Positions 59,462 through 64,000 of a stretch of 64,000 bases of DNA are shown one piece after another. The translations under genes and the position numbers were made by a program. The notes under the pieces were generated by a model, which had not been told where the DNA came from, ran no database searches, and saw only the letters and a program-made list of their open reading frames with translations. The stretch is from Candidatus Adlerbacteria bacterium (GTDB lineage: Bacteria; Patescibacteriota; Minisyncoccia; Phycocordibacterales; SBAW01), in assembly GCA_028286685.1 (NCBI GenBank), contig JAQBRA010000002.1:65073-129072 (forward strand). Reading direction: 5' to 3'. How positions within the stretch are numbered: the first letter of the stretch is position 1; every line of letters starts with the position of its first letter.

Positions 59462-60913
59462 TTACTTGGAGAGATCCAGGACTTCGTCGATGCGGATCTT
59501 TTCGATAAAGTCCGGCACGTGCGAGACGACTATCATGGGGCCCTCGTAGGCGGAGAGCGCCTCGGCAATTATGGGCAAATGGCGGAAGTTGATGTGGTTG
59601 GTAGGCTCGTCGAGTATCAAAAGACCGGGCTTCAAGAGGACCAGGCGCGCGAACGCGACCAGACCCTTCTGCCCTTCCGAGAGCGTGCCGATTTTTGAGT
59701 GGAATATCTCGCCCGAGATAAGAAACCCGGCTGCCACGCGACGCACCTCTTCCTCTATCGGGCGACTCAGCACTGCGGAAAGTTCCTGATAAACCGTCTT
59801 ATCAAAGTCGAGGTTGGAGAAGTCCTGTCGGTAATACCCCAGGCGCACGCCCGGGAGCAGCGTGGCGCCTTTTGCCGTGCCGTCCGCCAAAGATTGCAAC
59901 AGTGTCGACTTGCCGATGCCGTTGGGGCCCGCCAAGAGGAGGTGGAAATTGCGGCGCAGCGAAGCTTTCATTTTGCGCTCAACCGGCTTATGGTTTTTTA
60001 TAACCAAAAGCGAAGAAATGGTGAGTATCTCCCCCACCAGGTTCTCCTGGAACGGGATACGGAAGGAGCGTATGGCCTTGTCCTCTTTGCGGACATCAAC
60101 CTTGGACTCCTCGAGCTCCTCGGCCTTCTCCCTCATGCGCTTGGCGACCATGCGCATCTGGCCGCCTTTGTTGGCAAAGAAGTTGGCCTTGTCCTTGTTC
60201 TCCTGGATTTCCTTGGCCAAGAGCGCGTTCTTGCGGTTTTCTTTCTCGATGCGCACGGAGATCTCTTGGAGCACGTCGTCATAGTTGCCCACATACTGCT
60301 CTACCTTGCGGGTGCGCACGTCCAGGTAGAGGACGCCCTGGGTAAAGGAGTTGAGGAATTCGGCATCGTGCGAAATGACGATTACCGTTTTCTTGTAGTC
60401 GATGAGGAACTTCGTGAGGTGCTCGATGCCGTCGTGGTCGAGATTGTTGGTGGGCTCGTCCAAAAGGAGGAGATCCGGATTCTGTATGAGGGCCGAAGCA
60501 AGCAGCAGGCGCGCCTGCTGTCCGCCGGAAAATGCGCGGATTATCTTATCGTGCGGCGCAACAAGGTTCACCACCTCGAGCACCGCATCGATCTTAGGGT
60601 CAATATCGTATACAACCTTGGGAAATACTTTCTGGAAAAATTCGCGCACCGTGAGGTCGAGCTGGTCGCGCGGTATGACCTGCCGGCTTATAGCGATCGA
60701 GAGCCCGCTTTGGATATGGATGATGCCCTCGGTGGGCTCGCCCGTACCAGTAACTAGCCCGAAGATGGTGCTCTTGCCCGCGCCATTCTGGCCCATGAGC
60801 GTAATCTTGGAACCTTTGCGTATGGAAAAATCAACCTCTTCCAAGATAGGCTTCTTGATGCCGAAGTCGTACGAGACGCCTTCGAACCGGACTATGACCT
60901 CTCCGCGGGTCAT
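59462..60913 (-). CDS. ABC-F family ATP-binding protein
   Basis: Two nucleotide-binding domains (GQNGAGKST..DEPTNNLD; GPNGIGKST..DEPTNHI), no TM. Confidence 0.94.
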   Translation of the reverse strand: MTRGEVIVRFEGVSYDFGIKKPILEEVDFSIRKGSKITLMGQNGAGKSTIFGLVTGTGEPTEGIIHIQSGLSIAISRQVIPRDQLDLTVREFFQKVFPKVVYDIDPKIDAVLEVVNLVAPHDKIIRAFSGGQQARLLLASALIQNPDLLLLDEPTNNLDHDGIEHLTKFLIDYKKTVIVISHDAEFLNSFTQGVLYLDVRTRKVEQYVGNYDDVLQEISVRIEKENRKNALLAKEIQENKDKANFFANKGGQMRMVAKRMREKAEELEESKVDVRKEDKAIRSFRIPFQENLVGEILTISSLLVIKNHKPVERKMKASLRRNFHLLLAGPNGIGKSTLLQSLADGTAKGATLLPGVRLGYYRQDFSNLDFDKTVYQELSAVLSRPIEEEVRRVAAGFLISGEIFHSKIGTLSEGQKGLVAFARLVLLKPGLLILDEPTNHINFRHLPIIAEALSAYEGPMIVVSHVPDFIEKIRIDEVLDLSK

Positions 60914-61320
60914 TTGACCGCCTTGCGTGCCGGAGTGTCCCCCAGAGCCGCGACCATGCGGGTAAGCGTATCTATTTTTGCGGTGAGCGCCTGTACCTCG
61001 GAGCGGAGGTCGTCCTGGCGCGGAACGATGCTGCTGCGCACTACCGTGCGCTCGGCATATGCGGGCTTCGATGCGTATTGGCGCGTCGTAGAGCCGCTCT
61101 CTTGGGTTGCAAAGCAGTCGCGGCAGAAGACCGGCTTCTTGCCGTTGGGCTTGAAGGGCACCTCGCAGAACTTCTTGCAGCTGACGCAGGTAGCCTGATG
61201 CATCTCAAGCGGTCCCGACTTATCGCGCTTGGGAGCCCCCTTAAACCCGCCGGCGCGCGGGCCCTTAAAGGGGATAGGATTGTAGGAGCCCTTGCGCGGA
61301 CCCTTCTTAAACTCTTTCAT
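60910..61320 (-). CDS. CxxC-x17-CxxC domain protein
   Basis: ATCVSCKKFCEVPFKPNGKKPVFCRDCF. Confidence 0.92.
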   Translation of the reverse strand: MKEFKKGPRKGSYNPIPFKGPRAGGFKGAPKRDKSGPLEMHQATCVSCKKFCEVPFKPNGKKPVFCRDCFATQESGSTTRQYASKPAYAERTVVRSSIVPRQDDLRSEVQALTAKIDTLTRMVAALGDTPARKAVK

Positions 61321-61407
61321 ATACCGAAATATAACATTGATTTCGGTAAAAATCAATGTTATCGACCTAATGCGCGGCCCCTGAGAGCGCTTACACAGGG
61401 CACTTAG

Positions 61408-61476
61408 CTAGTTGCCCGTCCCTCCCTTTTTGGGCTTCTTTTTGTCCTTGCGGTATGCGTTGTTTCCTTTTCCCAT
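61408..61476 (-). CDS. 22-aa basic small protein (not in ORF track)
   Basis: MGKGNNAYRKDKKKPKKGGTGN; TATAAT 8 nt upstream. Confidence 0.5.
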   Translation of the reverse strand: MGKGNNAYRKDKKKPKKGGTGN

Positions 61477-61523
61477 ATGGCTTTATTATAGCTCGTCTAT
61501 TGTCCACTGTTCTTCATTCCTCA

Positions 61524-61538
61524 GCTGCCAGACTTGGA
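61524..61538 (-). repeat. duplication of the tRNA-Gln 3' end (att-like)
   Basis: GCTGCCAGACTTGGA identical to 61654-61668. Confidence 0.8.
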
Positions 61539-61654
61539 ACCTCACATCCTGGAAAACCCTCGGTTTTCCCAATCCTTCCTCCACGGGGAACTCCCGTTCC
61601 CCGACCCCTTCCCGGTTCAAATCCAAGTCAGCGCTTCATCACTATGTTCTTTTG

Positions 61655-61725
61655 CTGCCAGACTTGGATTCGAACCAAGATAAACGGATTCAGAGTCCGT
61701 TGTCCTACCATTAGACGATCTGGCA
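61655..61725 (-). tRNA. tRNA-Gln(CTG)
   Basis: Acceptor TGCCAGA/TCTGGCA, anticodon arm ACGGA-CT-CTG-AA-TCCGT, T arm CTTGG-TTCGAAT-CCAAG; CCA not encoded. Confidence 0.96.
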
Positions 61726-61834
61726 ATACAGCACTACCGGTCTTATACCATTAGTGGACCTGGCAATACCACCGAAAGATATCAGAAAAACGCTATTTTT
61801 CAAGGCTTTCGCGCAACACTCGCCAGGCCTTTGC

Positions 61835-62764
61835 CTAGATTTTCAGATACCGGCGCACTGCCAAGAAGCTGGCGATAGCTCCCAGGAAGACGCCGGTGCC
61901 GACGATTATCCCGAAGAACATAAGGAAGTTCTGGAGGTAGTAGGTGAAGATGTTGACCCCGCCGAAGAACGAAGCGGTAGCCGAGCCCAGCCACCACGTG
62001 AGCGGGTAGAACAGCAGCAGCGTGACAACGCCGGCCACGAGCCCGTAGAGCATGCCCTCTATCATGAAGGGCGCCCGGATAAAGAACTGCCCTGCGCCGA
62101 CGAGCCGCATGACCTGTATCTCCTCGCGGGAGGAGTAGATAGCGAGCCTGAGCGTATTGAACGAAATGGCGATCGTCGTGAGTATGAGTATGGCGATGAC
62201 GATAAGCCCCAGGCGCTGCGCCGAATCGGTAATGTCCTGCAGGCGGTCGAGCGCGACGCGGTACTTGGCGTCGTAGAAGCTTATCTTGTCTATGCTTGCG
62301 GCGGTGCCGGACTCGGTGTCCTGGCTTTCCGCGAACTGCGCTATGGCCTCGTACTGCGCAATATCCTTGGCGCGTATCTGGAGCGAAGCCTCAAGAGGAT
62401 TCTGCCCGAGCTCCTCCAGCGCCTGCAGCGCCAGCTGGTCGTCCTTGTAGCGCTCGCGGAATTGGGCCAAAGCCTCGTCGCGCGATATGTAGCCCACTGA
62501 AGTAACCTCGGGACGCGCCTCAAGCGCCGACTTGAGCGTGAGGATGCGCTCCTCGGGAGTGTCGGTCAGGAAGTAGACGCTGACGTCGACCTTATTGCGC
62601 AGCTCGGCGATGGTGAAGTTGAGCATCACGCCCGCGAATATCGTGAGTCCGACTACAAAGAGGGTTACCGTCATGACCAGGATGGACGCGAAGGAGACGA
62701 AGGCATTGCGCCAGAAGTCGAGGAAGCCGGCGCGGAATATTCTTTTTAAGGTTACCCAGTTCAT
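61835..62764 (-). CDS. ftsX: cell division permease FtsX
   Basis: NTLRLAIYSSREEIQVMRLVGA..IRAPFMIEG; downstream of ftsE. Confidence 0.95.
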   Translation of the reverse strand: MNWVTLKRIFRAGFLDFWRNAFVSFASILVMTVTLFVVGLTIFAGVMLNFTIAELRNKVDVSVYFLTDTPEERILTLKSALEARPEVTSVGYISRDEALAQFRERYKDDQLALQALEELGQNPLEASLQIRAKDIAQYEAIAQFAESQDTESGTAASIDKISFYDAKYRVALDRLQDITDSAQRLGLIVIAILILTTIAISFNTLRLAIYSSREEIQVMRLVGAGQFFIRAPFMIEGMLYGLVAGVVTLLLFYPLTWWLGSATASFFGGVNIFTYYLQNFLMFFGIIVGTGVFLGAIASFLAVRRYLKI

Positions 62765-62779
62765 ATGATAGGTGCGGTT

Positions 62780-63460
62780 TTAGAGTATGTACTTTCCTTC
62801 TCGGTCGTCGCGGATGACCTTGCCGCGATCCATGGTGATAACGCGCTTCTTAAGGCTGTCGATGACGCCCTTGTTGTGGGTGGTAAGTATGATGGTCGTG
62901 CCGAGGTCGTTGATTTTCTTCAAAATCTGCACCACTTCGAAGGTGTTGACCGGGTCGAGGTTACCAGTCGGCTCATCGGCGATGATGACGTCCGGCTGGT
63001 TGACGATGGCGCGGGCTATGGCAACGCGCTGCTGCTCGCCGCCGGAAAGCTCGTCGGGGAAATTGTTCAGCTTGTCGCCGAGGTCCACCAGCTCCAATAC
63101 GTGCGGCACGTCGGAGCGGATATCGGCCTCGGAGCGGCCGGCGGCCTCCATGGCAAAGGCGATGTTCTCGTACGCGGTCTTGTTAGGCAAAAGGCGGAAG
63201 TCCTGGAACACCGTGCCGATCTTGCGGCGCATCTCGCCGATGCGGTGCAGCGGGAGCTCGTGGATATTTATGGACTCGAAGAATACCGAGCCTGCGGAGG
63301 GCCGCTCTTCGGCCAGAAGCATCTTCACCAGCGTGGTCTTGCCCGCGCCGGAGTGCCCTACTATGGAAATAAATTCGCCCGGCTCGACCGAAAAAGACAC
63401 GTCTTCAAGAGCCGTGGAGTTGTCTGCGTATATCTTGGATACGCGGTCGTAATAGATCAT
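62780..63460 (-). CDS. ftsE: cell division ATP-binding protein FtsE
   Basis: [41 protein letters not shown]. Confidence 0.96.
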   Translation of the reverse strand: MIYYDRVSKIYADNSTALEDVSFSVEPGEFISIVGHSGAGKTTLVKMLLAEERPSAGSVFFESINIHELPLHRIGEMRRKIGTVFQDFRLLPNKTAYENIAFAMEAAGRSEADIRSDVPHVLELVDLGDKLNNFPDELSGGEQQRVAIARAIVNQPDVIIADEPTGNLDPVNTFEVVQILKKINDLGTTIILTTHNKGVIDSLKKRVITMDRGKVIRDDREGKYIL

Positions 63461-63511
63461 TGTTCTGAATTAGGGGGTCGTGCGGCCGCAACGGAAAAGA
63501 CCCACCTATTA

Positions 63512-64000
63512 TTATACACCTTTTGTATCCGTGGTGACCAGAAAGGGCTCAATGTCGCCCCCCAATACCCCTTCGGCATCATGGACCTCTACCCCGGTGC
63601 GATGGTCTTTAACGAGCTTGTAGGGATGGAGCACGTAGGAGCGTATCTGGCTGCCCCACTCTATTTTATTCGTCGCAGTCGAGAGATCATCGACGCGCTC
63701 CTTGCGCTCGGCCTCCAGCTGGCGCATGATCTTGGCGCGCAAGATTGCGAGCGCCTTTTCCTTATTCGCGCCCTGCGTGCGCTCGCCGTCTACGTGCGCC
63801 GAGAGGCCCGTCGGGGTGTGGACAATGCGCACGGCAGTCTCGCGCTTATTGACGTTCTGTCCGCCGGGGCCCGAGCTGCGCGCTACGGTAATTTCAAGAT
63901 CCTTCTCATCAAGAGCAATTGCGCCCACTTGATCTATGACCGGCAGGACCTCGACCAGCGCGAAAGAGGTTTGACGCTTCTGGCTGGCATTAAAGGGCGA
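63512..64000 (-). CDS. prfB: peptide chain release factor 2 (5' end beyond window edge)
   Basis: SPF motif at the window edge ([14 protein letters not shown]), [16 protein letters not shown]; upstream of ftsEX. Confidence 0.95.
   Translation of the reverse strand, partial: SPFNASQKRQTSFALVEVLPVIDQVGAIALDEKDLEITVARSSGPGGQNVNKRETAVRIVHTPTGLSAHVDGERTQGANKEKALAILRAKIMRQLEAERKERVDDLSTATNKIEWGSQIRSYVLHPYKLVKDHRTGVEVHDAEGVLGGDIEPFLVTTDTKGV

Noticed and set aside
61412-61754. ORFs 61412-61714 and 61455-61754 on the + strand
   Set aside because: Antisense to tRNA-Gln and its repeats; translations are typical tRNA shadows
63512-64000. prfB programmed +1 frameshift
   Set aside because: The site would be near the 5' end, which is outside the window, so it cannot be assessed

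Overview
64-kb window of a GC-rich, small-genome bacterium whose gene content and style point to Patescibacteria/CPR, probably Parcubacteria (inference from gene content, genetic code 11). The backbone is housekeeping and stress genes: lemA, groES/groEL, secG, rnj, mutY, msrB, lexA, PIF1 and DEAD-box helicases, typA, a MacAB-like ABC exporter with an ECF sigma factor, an ABC-F protein, tRNA-Gln(CTG), ftsEX and prfB. Two visibly AT-richer accessory blocks interrupt it. (1) About 19.6-25.2 kb carries the best candidate for an undescribed system: a soluble Hanks Ser/Thr kinase fused to a ~400-aa domain ending in a TGT-like CxCxxC...H zinc motif, followed 8 nt later by a PD-(D/E)xK nuclease with an inserted HTH, and preceded by a ~98-nt promoter-bearing structured RNA candidate. 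(2) About 38.3-47.6 kb carries a Sec-exported 2535-aa SpvB/FG-GAP/RHS toxin with lectin-like domains inserted in the YD shell, four small downstream membrane ORFs (immunity candidates) and a possible recombinase remnant. Other signals: pervasive leaderless -10-box/ATG architecture, dispersed palindromic repeat families, a tRNA 3'-end duplication, two unannotated small ORFs and two structured 5' leaders. All calls come from reading motifs by eye; no database searches or folding calculations were run.
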